Assembly (NCBI GenBank): GCA_027315165.1
Contig: DAHUYN010000003.1
Span: forward strand, 27,990 to 91,989
Direction of reading: 5' to 3'
DNA from: Thermoplasmata archaeon
GTDB lineage: Archaea > Thermoplasmatota > Thermoplasmata > Lutacidiplasmatales > UBA184
Length of the DNA stretch: 64,000 nucleotides
A program made the position numbers and the translations under genes. Below the pieces are notes generated by a model. That model saw only the letters and a program-made list of their open reading frames with translations, had not been told where the DNA came from and did not search any database. Within the stretch, counting starts at the first letter, position 1. Each line of letters opens with the position of its first letter. Positions 27,180 through 37,337 of this stretch are shown here, in pieces.

Positions 27180-28751
27180 GTGCACGACGTCCCGGCGGGG
27201 GCCCGGGCGGGCCTCACCTCGATCACGCGAGGGACCGTCGTGATGATGCTCGGCACCGTCGGGTTCGTCATCGAGAACTTCGTCTTCCGCGTCCTGCTGA
27301 TCCGGACCCTCTCCCCCGAGGAGTGGGGCCAGTTCTTCGTCGGCCTCACGCTGGTGGGCCTGCTCGCGGCCGTCGGGAGCCTCGGCCTCCCCCAGGCGAT
27401 CGCCCGAACGCTGCCTTTCGAGGTCGACCTCGGGGAGCGCCGACGCGCGCTCCGGACCGGACTCGCCGTCATCCTCCCCTCCGCCGTCGTGGGGTCGGTG
27501 GCGCTCGCGGCGGCGAGCGCGCCCCTCGGTGCCGCGCTCGGCACCCCGCTGCTCTCGCAGACGCTGCTGTTCTTCTCGGCGGCGGTCGGGCTCACGATCG
27601 TCGCCACGTTCCTCGCCGCCGTCTTCCAGGGGTTCGAGGACGCGATCCCGAACGCGCTCTTCCTCCAGGTGCTGAACCCGGCGATGTTCATCGGGTTCCT
27701 CCTGCTGATCGAGGGGGTCGTCCCCCTCCACGTCGCCTTCTCGGCCGCGCTCGCCGCCTACACGCTCAGCGGGGTCGTGACGCTCGGAGTCCTTCTCGTC
27801 TATGCCCGCCGACGCCTCCCCCGACTGCTCCCCGCCGGGTCGAGCCCCTCGGGCCTGTCGGGGGGCCTGCTCCGCTTCGCCGCCCCGCTGCTCGTGGTGA
27901 GCGTCCTCACCTACGTCGCCGGGAACCTCGATGCGCTCGTCCTCGAGGTCTTCCGACGGCCCTCGGTCGCCTTCTACTCGGCGGACCTGTCGATGGCGCG
28001 GCTCCTTCAGGTCGGTCTCGGGGCGCTCTCCTTCATCATCCTCCCGGTGACGGCGCGCTTCGTCCGGGCGAACGACACCGCCTCGGCCAAGACGACCTAC
28101 GCGACCGCGACGAAGTGGATGGTCCTCACCTCGCTCCCCCTTTTTTTGATCTTCTTCCTGTATCCGGGCCGCTCCCTCGCCTTCGTCTACACGCACGGCT
28201 ACGCAGGGACGACGACGCCGCTCCGCCTCGCGCTCACGGGGGCCTTCCTTGCCACCGTCGTCGGCCCGTCGACCTCGGTCCAGGTCTCCTACGGGCAGAC
28301 CCGGCTCGTGTTGTATAACACCCTCGCGGCCGCGGTCGTCGACGTCACGCTCTCGGTCGCGCTGATCCCCTCGCTCGGGATCAGCGGGGCGGCGATCGCC
28401 TGGGCGACCGCGACCGCCGTCGGCCCGGCGCTCTCCGTCACCGAGCTCGCGCTCTCGACGGGGGTGCATCCGTTCCGTCGCCACTACCTCGTGCCGCTCG
28501 CAGCGACCGGGCTCCCGGTCGGTCTCGGTCTCGGCCTGCTCAATCTCACGCCCCCGCTCTGGGCCCTCCCTCTCATCGTCCTCGGTGTCGCGGGTGTGTT
28601 CGTCGCCGTCGTCCTGGCCTCGAGGAGCCTCGACGCCGGCGATCTGATGCTTCTCGAGGCTGTCGAGGGGCTCGTGGGCACACGATTGGAGAGGTTGCGG
28701 CGTCTGGGCCGATGGTTCCTCCGCGACGGCGCTCCGCTCGAGGGGCCCTGA
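27180..28751 (+). CDS. Oligosaccharide flippase (Wzx/MOP family)
   Basis: RTLSPEEWG, SLGLPQAIAR, LIPSLGISGAAIA; about 14 TM segments. Confidence 0.9.
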   Translation: MHDVPAGARAGLTSITRGTVVMMLGTVGFVIENFVFRVLLIRTLSPEEWGQFFVGLTLVGLLAAVGSLGLPQAIARTLPFEVDLGERRRALRTGLAVILPSAVVGSVALAAASAPLGAALGTPLLSQTLLFFSAAVGLTIVATFLAAVFQGFEDAIPNALFLQVLNPAMFIGFLLLIEGVVPLHVAFSAALAAYTLSGVVTLGVLLVYARRRLPRLLPAGSSPSGLSGGLLRFAAPLLVVSVLTYVAGNLDALVLEVFRRPSVAFYSADLSMARLLQVGLGALSFIILPVTARFVRANDTASAKTTYATATKWMVLTSLPLFLIFFLYPGRSLAFVYTHGYAGTTTPLRLALTGAFLATVVGPSTSVQVSYGQTRLVLYNTLAAAVVDVTLSVALIPSLGISGAAIAWATATAVGPALSVTELALSTGVHPFRRHYLVPLAATGLPVGLGLGLLNLTPPLWALPLIVLGVAGVFVAVVLASRSLDAGDLMLLEAVEGLVGTRLERLRRLGRWFLRDGAPLEGP

Positions 28752-28851
28752 CGCTGCGGGACGACCCGGTTCGGGGCCGCCCAGCGGATGCGCGGCTACA
28801 GAGACTTTACATATTCCCCACCGTGATGTGGCCCTCGTCCCCGCTTTGCGT

Positions 28852-29424
28852 ATGACAGACCTTAGTTCCAAACGGCAGGTTCCGCCCCTTCTGGTGGGCG
28901 GCCTGCTCCTCGTCCTCCTCGTCGTGGCGGGGCTGGTCCCGAACACCGGGGCGATTCCCGCGTCGACCTCGTGTCCCTACGGGAACTGCTCGACGCCCTC
29001 GAACACGACGGTCCCGACCTGGCTCTACGGGCTGCTCGGGGCCCTGGTCGTTCTCGCGCTCGTTCTCGGCCTCCTCCTCTACCGCCGGCGCTCGCCCCCG
29101 AGCGGCGGCGGCGCCGCCGCCAGCGAGGCCGCCGTGCCCCCGAGCGCGGCCCTGGGCGGCCCCTCGGGCCCCGAGGCGCCCCCCGTCGCCGGGCCGCCGG
29201 TCGCGGCGCCCGCCGCGGCGTACCTCGAGACCCCCGAGGACGTCGGTCAGCAGCCTGCGGCCCCCGCGGCCGTCCCGCCGGCGTCGGAGGGGGGCGGTGA
29301 GGAGGACATCGACTCCCTGATGAAGGAGCTCGACAAGATCAGCGGCGAGATCCTCAAGCGGGGGCCCCAGGCGAAGCGACCTCCGACCCCGCCCACGGGC
29401 GAGGGGCCGAACGACCCCGCCTGA
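28852..29424 (+). CDS. Membrane protein with Cys-pair ectodomain and Pro/Ala-rich cytoplasmic tail
   Basis: Signal-like helix, CPYGNC, TM followed by RRR, low-complexity linker, acidic helix. Confidence 0.75.
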   Translation: MTDLSSKRQVPPLLVGGLLLVLLVVAGLVPNTGAIPASTSCPYGNCSTPSNTTVPTWLYGLLGALVVLALVLGLLLYRRRSPPSGGGAAASEAAVPPSAALGGPSGPEAPPVAGPPVAAPAAAYLETPEDVGQQPAAPAAVPPASEGGGEEDIDSLMKELDKISGEILKRGPQAKRPPTPPTGEGPNDPA

Positions 29425-29471
29425 CGCGTCGGCGCGTACCTCTTAAGCCCCCGACCGCGCTCCCTCTCGTG

Positions 29472-29729
29472 ATGACGGTCCCAGCCCCCTCGGAGGGCGA
29501 CGGCACAGAGCCGCTGCTCGACGCCCTGGCCGAGGCCGTCCGCCACGCCCCGCGGCCGGTCCGGGAGATCGAGGTCGGGATCGCGCTCTCGATCGCCCTC
29601 GGGCGCCGGCGTACCGCCGTCGCCTGCGGGGGCTGCGCGACGCCCCTCGAGTTCGAAGGGATCCCGACCAGGACGAACTCGAGGCTCTCGGAGCCCTGGC
29701 GCCTGGTCCTCGCCGAGGCGTCGGGCTGA
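29472..29729 (+). CDS. Small hypothetical protein with CxxC
   Basis: CTTAAG box about 28 bp upstream; CGGC motif. Confidence 0.6.
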   Translation: MTVPAPSEGDGTEPLLDALAEAVRHAPRPVREIEVGIALSIALGRRRTAVACGGCATPLEFEGIPTRTNSRLSEPWRLVLAEASG

Positions 29730-29750
29730 GCCCAGGAGCGGTCTCGAGCG

Positions 29751-30467
29751 ATGCTGAGCCTCCCCCTCATCGAGACCGTCGTGAGCGTCATCACGTCGCT
29801 GATGGCCGCCGGCGGGCTCGCCGCCCTCTTCCTGCTGATGGCCGTCGAGAGCTTCGGCCTTCCGCCGCTGCCCTCGGAGATCATCCTGCCGTTCGCCGGG
29901 TTCCTCATCTACGAGGGGACGTTCAGCTGGCCGGGGGCGTTCCTCGCGGCGCTCCTCGGCGGCGTCACCGGCTCGTTCATCGCCTACGCGATCGGCCGCT
30001 GGGGTCGCCACTGGCTCGAGCGCCCGGCCGGCCGCCTTCGGCTCGACCCGAAGCACCTCGCGCTGATGGACGACTGGTTCCGCCGGCACGGCGAGGGCAC
30101 GGTCCTGTTCACGAGGCTGCTCCCGATCATCCGCAGCTACATCTCCTACCCGGCGGGGACGGCCCGGATGGAGCCCGCCCGCTTCGGCGTCTACACGGCG
30201 ATCGGCGCGACACCGTTCACGTTGGGGCTCCTCTATGCGGGGTACGTCCTCCGTTCCGACTGGTCGGCGCTCGAGCCCTACTTCCGGGTCGCGGACTACG
30301 TCGGAGCGGTGCTCATCGTCCTCGGCCTCCTCTACCTCGGGCTGCGCTGGCGCAACGTCCTCGCGCCGGGCTGGCCTCCGCGCCGGATGCGCGCCGGGAG
30401 CCCCCCCGAGGCCCCGGCCCCGCCGCGGGCGGCCGAGGGGTCTACCGAGCCCCGGTCGGGTCCGTAG
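29751..30467 (+). CDS. DedA family membrane protein
   Basis: ESFGLPPLPSEIILPFAG, FTRLLPIIRSYISYPAG. Confidence 0.95.
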   Translation: MLSLPLIETVVSVITSLMAAGGLAALFLLMAVESFGLPPLPSEIILPFAGFLIYEGTFSWPGAFLAALLGGVTGSFIAYAIGRWGRHWLERPAGRLRLDPKHLALMDDWFRRHGEGTVLFTRLLPIIRSYISYPAGTARMEPARFGVYTAIGATPFTLGLLYAGYVLRSDWSALEPYFRVADYVGAVLIVLGLLYLGLRWRNVLAPGWPPRRMRAGSPPEAPAPPRAAEGSTEPRSGP

Positions 30468-31806
30468 CGCCGGCCCCGGGAGCGTACTCGGGCCGCACGA
30501 CGCGGCCGAGGGGTCGACCGACGTACTCGCCGTCCTCGACGACGAGCTCGCCGTAGTGCAGGACGTGCCGGGGGAACACCGCGCTCCGCCCCTCGAACGG
30601 GCTCCAGCCGGCGGGGCCGTGGAGGTCCCGCCCGCGGATCGTGCGGCGCTCGCGGAACTCGACGACCACGAGGTGGGCGCGATGCCCGACGGCGATCCGG
30701 CCCATCGGCACCCCGAGCCAGCGCGCGGGCCGGTCGCAGGCCGCGGCCAGGAGGGTCGCGAGCGGGAGCGAGCCGTGCCGGCACTCCTCGAGCCAGAGCG
30801 GCAGCATCGTCTCGAGGCCGGGAACCCCGCTCGGCGCCTTCGGGAACGGCCGCTCCTTGTCGTTGAGGAGGTGAGGGGCGTGGTCGGAGGCGAGCACCGG
30901 GACGCGGCCCTCGGTGAACTCATGGTACAGCTCGGCCCGCACCGGCTCCTCGCGGAGCGGAGGGTTCACCTTGCGGGTCGTCGAAGCGCCCGCGTGGTTG
31001 AGGAGGAGGTGGTGCGGCGTCGCCTCGAAGGAGTGTCCCTCACCGCGGAGGCGTCGCGCGACCTCGGGGTCGGTCACGTGGGCGATGTGGAGCCGGAGCG
31101 AGGGCGGCGCCGGCAGGAGCCGAGCGACGCCGGAGCGCTCGGCGGCGACCGGACGCGCGTGGTCCCACGCCTCGAGCGAGGTCGCGGTCTCCGGCGCACG
31201 GAAGAGGGCCGGGTCCTCGGCGTGCACCGCGAGCGCGAGGCCGGTCGAGGCGACACCCTCGAGGAGGCCGCGCAGCTCGGCCGGCCCCGGGGGCTCGTCG
31301 ACGCCCGTCGTCGGACTCTCGTAGAGCTTGAACGCGCCGGCCTCTCGGGCGAGGCGCTCGAGATTCGCGCCCGGTGTCGCGAGCGCGTAGAGGAGCAGGT
31401 CCACCGCGAGCCGGCGGTCGGCCCGCCCCCGCTTGGCGACGAGCCGGTCGACGGTCGTCACGGGCGGGTCCGTGTTCGGCATGTCGGCGACGAGGCCGAC
31501 GCCCCCGAGCGCCGCCTGCACGGTGCCGGTCGCGAAGCTGTCCGCCGCACCGGGACCGCCCGGCTCTCGGAGGTGGACGTGGAGGTCGGTCGCCGCCGGG
31601 AGCAGGATGCCGTCGCCGAAGTCGAACCGCTCCTCGCCACGGAGCGACCGGGCGATCTGGACGATGGTGCCGTCGTCGTCGATGCCGATCTCGACCGGCT
31701 GGAGCCGCCCCGCGAGGAGCGCACGACCCGCCACGATCCGGGCCAGGGCGCCGACGGGAGGCGGCGCGGCCCCCCGCGTTCTGCGCGCGCGGGGCCGGGC
31801 CGGCAT
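30442..31806 (-). CDS. pyrC: Dihydroorotase
   Basis: DLHVHLREPG, DMPNTDP, VHAED, EATPHHL, KVNPPLR, ASDHAPH. Confidence 0.92.
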   Translation of the reverse strand: MPARPRARRTRGAAPPPVGALARIVAGRALLAGRLQPVEIGIDDDGTIVQIARSLRGEERFDFGDGILLPAATDLHVHLREPGGPGAADSFATGTVQAALGGVGLVADMPNTDPPVTTVDRLVAKRGRADRRLAVDLLLYALATPGANLERLAREAGAFKLYESPTTGVDEPPGPAELRGLLEGVASTGLALAVHAEDPALFRAPETATSLEAWDHARPVAAERSGVARLLPAPPSLRLHIAHVTDPEVARRLRGEGHSFEATPHHLLLNHAGASTTRKVNPPLREEPVRAELYHEFTEGRVPVLASDHAPHLLNDKERPFPKAPSGVPGLETMLPLWLEECRHGSLPLATLLAAACDRPARWLGVPMGRIAVGHRAHLVVVEFRERRTIRGRDLHGPAGWSPFEGRSAVFPRHVLHYGELVVEDGEYVGRPLGRVVRPEYAPGAGATDPTGAR

Positions 31807-31904
31807 CGCGCCCGCTAGAGGCGCTGGGGTTATGAAGCGCCCCTCGCGGTCGAGGGCGAGACCGGGAGGTAGCTATTTCCCACCGTGACCCTGAGCCCCG
31901 GCCG

Positions 31905-32963
31905 ATGGCGACCTCGAGGCGCGCTCGCCGTTGGACCTACGCGCGCTCGGGGGTCGACCGCGAGTCCGTCGCGGGCGGCCTCGCCGCCCTCCTCGGGGAG
32001 GTACGATACCGTGCTCCCGCTAGCTCGGGCCGCCTCGTCGACGTCCCCGGCCACTATGCGGGCCTCGTTCGACTCGGCCTCGAGACCGTCGCGATCACGA
32101 CCGACACCGTCGGCACGAAGGGGCTGCTCGCCGCGGAGGTCGGCTCCTGGGAGGGCGTAGGCGAGGACATCGTCGGCGTCAACGTCAACGACCTCTCGGC
32201 GGTCGGCGCCCGGCCCTGCGGGCTCGTCGACTGCCTGTCGCTCGACGTCCCGGACCCCAAGGTCCTGCGAGGGATCGGTCGCGGGCTCGACCGGGGGCTC
32301 GCCAAGGCCCGCTGCCCCCTCCTCGGGGGCGAGACCGCGGTCGTCCCGGACCTCGTGCACGGGGTCGACCTCGGCGGGACCGCGATCGGATTCTTTCCCG
32401 ACGGCCGCCGACCGATCACCGGCGCGCGGATCCGGCCGGGGGACGTCGTGCTCGGGATCCCCTCGAGCGGACTCCACGCGAACGGCTACACGCTCGTGAG
32501 ACGGCTCGTCCGAGACAAGAAGGTCGACCTCTCCGAGCGCCGGCCCGGCGGTCGACGGACGCTCGGAGAGGAGCTGCTCGCGCCCACGCGGATCTACGTG
32601 CCGCCGGTCGAGGCGGTCGCCGACCTGGCCGCCGTCCACGGGCTCGCCCACATCTCGGGCGGAGGCGTTCGGAACCTCGTCCGGCTCCACAAGGGCGTCC
32701 GGTTCCTCCTCGAGGACTGGCCCCGGCCCGCGGGCCTGTTCGACTGGCTGCGCGAGCTCGGCTCGATCGCGCCGGCCGAGCTCTACCAGACGTTCAACGT
32801 CGGGATCGGGTTCGTCCTCGTCGTCGCGGCTTCGGCCGAGCGCGAGGTCCTGCGACGCCTGGCCGCCCACGGGGCCCCGGATGCGCGGCGCGTCGGGCGG
32901 ATCGTTCGAGGCCACGGCGTCGCGCTCCCGGCGCTCGGTCTCGACTACGAGGGCTACGCCTAG
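31905..32963 (+). CDS. purM: Phosphoribosylformylglycinamidine cyclo-ligase
   Basis: TYARSGVD, DTVGTK, GGETA, SSGLHANG, AHISGGG, TFNVGIG. Confidence 0.96.
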   Translation: MATSRRARRWTYARSGVDRESVAGGLAALLGEVRYRAPASSGRLVDVPGHYAGLVRLGLETVAITTDTVGTKGLLAAEVGSWEGVGEDIVGVNVNDLSAVGARPCGLVDCLSLDVPDPKVLRGIGRGLDRGLAKARCPLLGGETAVVPDLVHGVDLGGTAIGFFPDGRRPITGARIRPGDVVLGIPSSGLHANGYTLVRRLVRDKKVDLSERRPGGRRTLGEELLAPTRIYVPPVEAVADLAAVHGLAHISGGGVRNLVRLHKGVRFLLEDWPRPAGLFDWLRELGSIAPAELYQTFNVGIGFVLVVAASAEREVLRRLAAHGAPDARRVGRIVRGHGVALPALGLDYEGYA

Positions 32964-33020
32964 CCGTCACCGGGGTTCGAGCGCGAAACACCTTTGGGGG
33001 GGTCTCGACTGCGCGGCCGC

Positions 33021-33971
33021 GTGGCGGGGATCTCGCCGTCCGCACGAGCGGCCGCCGGCCTCGCGCTCGTCGCCTCGATGCTCTGGGCGAGCTACTACTA
33101 CTTCGTCCTGACCCTGTCACCGGCCGCGAGGCCGCCCGCGGTCCTCGCCTTCCCGTTCTTGACGGCCGGGGCCGGCTTCCTCGTGCTGTCGGCGCTCGAG
33201 GGCAGCCTCTCGCGGTCGCTCCGCCTCTGGGCGACCCCCGCGGCGTGGCTCCGGAGCGGACTTCTCGCGTCGATGCAGCTCTCGGTGCTCGCGGGGACCT
33301 ACTCGGCGGGCCCGGTCGACACGTCGCTCCTCTCCCTCCTCGGGGACGTCGCGGTGACGCCGGTCCTCCTGATGCTCCTCTACCGAGAGGGACGGGAGCG
33401 GGCCCGGTCGCCGACGTTCCTGGGGGGCCTGCTCCTGAGCTGCGCCGGCGCCACGCTCACGATCGTCGGCGGCGCGTCGGCGGCGCCGATCCGCGGGCTC
33501 GCCTGGCTCGTCGTCGCGGCGGTCCCGCTCACGGTGGCGTTCTACTTCCTCCTCACGGCCCGCACGAACCGCGCGGTCCCGATGGCGGCGGTCGTCGGGC
33601 AGTCGTCGGTCGCCGCCGGGCTGATCTCGCTCGCCCTGAGCCCGCTCCTCCCGGGCGGCGTCGCCGGCCTCGCCGTAGGCTCGGCCCACGACGCCCTCCT
33701 CCTCGCGGTCCTCGGGCTCACCTCCTTCCTGGCGGCCCCCTGGGTCTACTTCAAGGCGGTCGAGCGGGCGGGGCTCCTCCTCCCCGCGCTCCTGATGGCG
33801 ACGATCCCGCTCTTCACGCTCCTGTTCGAGGCCGTCGCCTTCGGGGCCCGCGCGACGCCGCTCGCGCTCCTCGGGGTCCCGCTCGCCGTCGCCGGCGGGT
33901 TCCTCGCCGTCCAGGGCACGCACCCGGGCTGGACCCCCACCTACGCCAAGGGGCCCCCGAAGGCCCCGTAG
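33021..33971 (+). CDS. DMT/EamA family transporter
   Basis: About 10 TM segments with two-repeat architecture. Confidence 0.75.
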   Translation: MAGISPSARAAAGLALVASMLWASYYYFVLTLSPAARPPAVLAFPFLTAGAGFLVLSALEGSLSRSLRLWATPAAWLRSGLLASMQLSVLAGTYSAGPVDTSLLSLLGDVAVTPVLLMLLYREGRERARSPTFLGGLLLSCAGATLTIVGGASAAPIRGLAWLVVAAVPLTVAFYFLLTARTNRAVPMAAVVGQSSVAAGLISLALSPLLPGGVAGLAVGSAHDALLLAVLGLTSFLAAPWVYFKAVERAGLLLPALLMATIPLFTLLFEAVAFGARATPLALLGVPLAVAGGFLAVQGTHPGWTPTYAKGPPKAP

Positions 33972-33975
33972 CGGA

Positions 33976-36480
33976 CTACTCGAAGTCCGCGAGCGAGGCG
34001 TTCTTCCGCCGACGCTTCGGCCCGCCGTCGGCGAGGTCCGCGATCGGCGTCTCGAGCGTGACGGGCCCGCCGCCGGACCGGGCCGGCGCCTCGGGGGATC
34101 CTTCCTCGGCGCCGAGACGCTGCTGGTGGCTGCCGCGGAGGAGGTCGGCCGCGTTCCAGTCGAAGACCTCGGTCACACGGGCGAGGGTCTGCGCGACGCG
34201 GTCGGCATAGTAGCCGTAGTCGGGCGGCTTCGTGAGCGCGCGTCCCTCGACCCACGGCTCGACCTCCTGGGGAGAGCGCTTGGCGTCGGTGACGATCCAG
34301 GCGACCTTCATGCCGGGGATGACGTCGTAGCCCTCCTCCTTCAGGCGCTTGAAGATGCGGAGGAACGGCAGGGCATCGCGCGTCGCCTCGTTGTACTCCT
34401 CCTCGGCGCGCACCGAGCGGGCGATGACGAGTCGCTCGGGGGGGACGACGCCCGAGCGGCACTCCTGGACGAGCTCCCGCGCCCTCGTGACGGCCCGGTC
34501 GGTCTCGCCCTTGAGGACGAGGTCGAAGACCTCGAGGAGCGACTCCGACTGGAAGTCGAAGGCGTCGGTCCGGCGCGTCTCGTAGCCGCGGATGACGAGC
34601 TCCTCCTTCGGCCAGACGGTGCGGCCGACGTAGCGCTTCTTGGCCCCGTGCGAGAAGAGCGCCTCGTAGACGGACTGGAACTCGAAGGTGACGCCGGCGG
34701 CGGTGAACCGCTTCGAGACCTCCTCGCCGAACCGCTTGGCCCCCTCGAGGGACGGCTCCGGCGCGCGGACGAAGACGCTGTCGGTGTCGGAGTAGACGAC
34801 CTCGTGCCCCTCGCTCTCGAGGGCTCGGATGATCGTCGTGATCGCCTCGCGCGCGAAGGCGGTGATCGCGGCCCCGATCTCCTTGTCCGTGAACCGGTAG
34901 AAGCTCGAGGCGAGGACCCCGTAAAAGGAGTTCATCAGGACCTTCACCGCGTTCTGGAGACCGTCGTAGTAGGCCCGCAGCTCCTCCGTCGCCGCCTCCC
35001 GCGAGGCCCGGCGGAAGCGGTCGCGGTCGTGGAGGAGCTCGGCGAGGATCTCGGGGATCAGGCCCCGGCGGACCGACGGGTCGAGGAACCTCGCCCCCGC
35101 CGGGCTCACGGTCGTCCCCTCCGGGGAGAGCGTCGTGAAGCAGAGGTTCCGGGCGATGATGATGCTCGGGTACATCGACTTGAAGTCGAGCACGACGACC
35201 CAGCGGTAGATCCCGGGCCGGATCGTGTGCACGTAGCCGCCCTCGATGGGGGTGTCGCGCCGGGCCCGGTGCGTCGGCGGCACGCCGACGTGGCGCCGGT
35301 CGGCGCGCGGGATCAGCATCGCGTCGATGAACAGCGAGGTCCGTCCGTTCATCCCCTCCTCGAGGGGGAGGTGCGCGACGGTGGCGAGGTCGGCGGCCTT
35401 GTCGACCGTCCGCAGCCGCTGGAGGATGCGCAGCGCGAGGTCGGCGTCGTGCTCGCAGTACTCCATCACGCGCTCCGGGTCGGCGTTCCACTCCGCCTCG
35501 ATGTTCCGCCGGTCGACGTCGAGCTTGCCCTCGCCGAGGAGCGCGCGCGCGACGAACTGGAGCGTCTCCTGCTTGGGTCGGAGGTCACGACGGGCGGCCC
35601 ACCACGCATCGGCGACGACCCGGCCCGAGATCCGCCAGAGGCGTTCACCGGCGTCCCTCGGCTCGCCGCGGTCGCGGCCGAGGGCGAGCTTCGGCAGCCC
35701 GAGCGCCACCTGCCGCTCGACAAGGAGCGGAAGGTCGTAGCCGCCGATGTTGTAGCCCGTGATCACGTCCGGGTCGGCGCGCTCGACCTCTCGCACGAAC
35801 CCGGCGAGGATCTCCGCCTCCGTGCCGCGCAGCCGGAACGAGGTCTTGGTGTGGCCCGGGGTCTCGACGACCCCGCAGAGCGTGAACAGCGTGCGCTCGC
35901 GGATCGCATTCTCGATGTCGAAGGAGAGGATCGTGAGCGGCGGCCGGAACGCCTCCGAGGCGCGCACGTCGCCCCCGCCGTCGGTCACGACCCGCAGCAC
36001 GCGCGTCGTCGTGTAGAGGGCCCGGACCTCGGGCGGCTCCTCGACGGCCTCGAACTCGAGGGTGAGGCCGAGCGACTTGTCGTAGAGGAACCGGTGGAGG
36101 AACGGGATGTCGCAGGCGAGGACGCTCCCGGCCCCCTCGGGCCGTCGGTACCGGTCCCGGTACTCCGGGACCTTCCACGGCGAGTGGAGGGTCACCTGGA
36201 TCGCCTCCCGGTCCTTCCCCCGCTCCCACAACGTCACGGGCCGCACGTCGGTGATCTCCGGGTCCGCGCGGAGCGCCGTGACGATCTCCGGCGTCGGCTC
36301 GGTGATCTGGAAGTACGGCCGGAAGCCGTAGTACCGAGCGACCACCGCGGTCCCGTCGGGGGTCTTGCCGAACAGCTCGACGACGACGTCCGGGCCCTGC
36401 GACCGGTACGTGCCTCCGAGCAGGAAGAGCCGGACCGTCTCCACGGGACTGGGAGCGGGAGTCGGGCTATAGGGTTTCAC
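33976..36480 (-). CDS. polB: Family B DNA polymerase
   Basis: SFDIE exonuclease motif, TGYNI, LDFKSMYPSII, KVLMNSFYG, YSDTDS, KKRY; PIP-like NASLADF tail. Confidence 0.97.
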   Translation of the reverse strand: MKPYSPTPAPSPVETVRLFLLGGTYRSQGPDVVVELFGKTPDGTAVVARYYGFRPYFQITEPTPEIVTALRADPEITDVRPVTLWERGKDREAIQVTLHSPWKVPEYRDRYRRPEGAGSVLACDIPFLHRFLYDKSLGLTLEFEAVEEPPEVRALYTTTRVLRVVTDGGGDVRASEAFRPPLTILSFDIENAIRERTLFTLCGVVETPGHTKTSFRLRGTEAEILAGFVREVERADPDVITGYNIGGYDLPLLVERQVALGLPKLALGRDRGEPRDAGERLWRISGRVVADAWWAARRDLRPKQETLQFVARALLGEGKLDVDRRNIEAEWNADPERVMEYCEHDADLALRILQRLRTVDKAADLATVAHLPLEEGMNGRTSLFIDAMLIPRADRRHVGVPPTHRARRDTPIEGGYVHTIRPGIYRWVVVLDFKSMYPSIIIARNLCFTTLSPEGTTVSPAGARFLDPSVRRGLIPEILAELLHDRDRFRRASREAATEELRAYYDGLQNAVKVLMNSFYGVLASSFYRFTDKEIGAAITAFAREAITTIIRALESEGHEVVYSDTDSVFVRAPEPSLEGAKRFGEEVSKRFTAAGVTFEFQSVYEALFSHGAKKRYVGRTVWPKEELVIRGYETRRTDAFDFQSESLLEVFDLVLKGETDRAVTRARELVQECRSGVVPPERLVIARSVRAEEEYNEATRDALPFLRIFKRLKEEGYDVIPGMKVAWIVTDAKRSPQEVEPWVEGRALTKPPDYGYYADRVAQTLARVTEVFDWNAADLLRGSHQQRLGAEEGSPEAPARSGGGPVTLETPIADLADGGPKRRRKNASLADFE

Positions 36481-37114
36481 CCGGGCGCTCTCGAAGCCAC
36501 TCGGCGAGGCGCCCGACGTCGGCCTCCCAGCGGGCCCGGTACCGGGGCGCGTGCAGCGCGGCCGCGGGATGGAGGAGAGGGAACAGCGGCCGAGCCCCGA
36601 GACGGCGGGGGGTCCCGGCGGCCTGGACGATCGGCGGCGCGTCGGGGTCGAGCAGGCGGAGCGCGTGGGCGCCGAGCGTGACGAGACGTTCGGGGGCCAG
36701 GAGCTCGAGCTGGCGGTCGAGGATCGAGCGGCACGCGAGCGCCGCGGCGCGGTCGAACCGGTTCTCGGGGGGACGGCACTTCACGAGGTTCACGATGCCG
36801 TAGCTCCCGTCGGCGAGCCCGAGCCGTCCGAGGGCCTCGTCGAGCCTCTTGCCCGCCCGGCCGACGAACGGCCGGCCCGAGAGGTCCTCCTCGCGTCCCG
36901 GTGCCTCGCCGACGAACACGACCGACGGGGCGGGACCTCCGCGATAGAAGACGACGTGGGTCCTCGACATGTGGAGCGGGCAGCGCCGGCACGCCTTCGC
37001 CTCCTCGGCGAGCCGTCGCCAGGCGGGGGTCGGCGGGCCCTCGGGCTCCGCGGCCCCGCGCCGGCGAGTTCGCTCGATCGCCCGAGCGGTGGCACCGATC
37101 GTCCGAGCCGCCAC
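36467..37114 (-). CDS. Uracil-DNA glycosylase, family 4 (Fe-S)
   Basis: CRRCPL, VGEAPG, PFVGRAG, VKCRPPENR, HPAA; start codon uncertain. Confidence 0.92.
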   Translation of the reverse strand: MAARTIGATARAIERTRRRGAAEPEGPPTPAWRRLAEEAKACRRCPLHMSRTHVVFYRGGPAPSVVFVGEAPGREEDLSGRPFVGRAGKRLDEALGRLGLADGSYGIVNLVKCRPPENRFDRAAALACRSILDRQLELLAPERLVTLGAHALRLLDPDAPPIVQAAGTPRRLGARPLFPLLHPAAALHAPRYRARWEADVGRLAEWLRERPGETL

Positions 37115-37228
37115 GATCTTCGGGTCCCGGCGCGGCAACAGGGGCTCCGCGGACCCCACGGAGCGGCCGCGTAGAAAGAGCTTCTCCGTCGCCAACGGGC
37201 CGCGGCCCTCCGGAGGGGCGCGGGGGCG

Positions 37229-37243
37229 TGTCGTACTACGACA
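37229..37243. promoter_or_regulatory. Palindromic putative operator
   Basis: TGTCGTA-C-TACGACA between divergent udg-polB and rps12 operons. Confidence 0.4.
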
Positions 37244-37337
37244 TGAGCCGCCGGCACGCCGAGAACGCGCGCTCGCGCCCCGGGCTCGAGGGAAACTTAA
37301 ATAGGGGGACCCGCTGGCTCGGACCCCTTCAGGAGCC

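Noticed and set aside
25044..28946. 1300-aa minus-strand ORF and similar long ORFs (18528-21863, 25241-28318, 34126-36681, 57930-60116)
   Set aside because: Arg/Gly/Pro-rich shadow frames of recognisable genes, expected at this GC content; no motifs.
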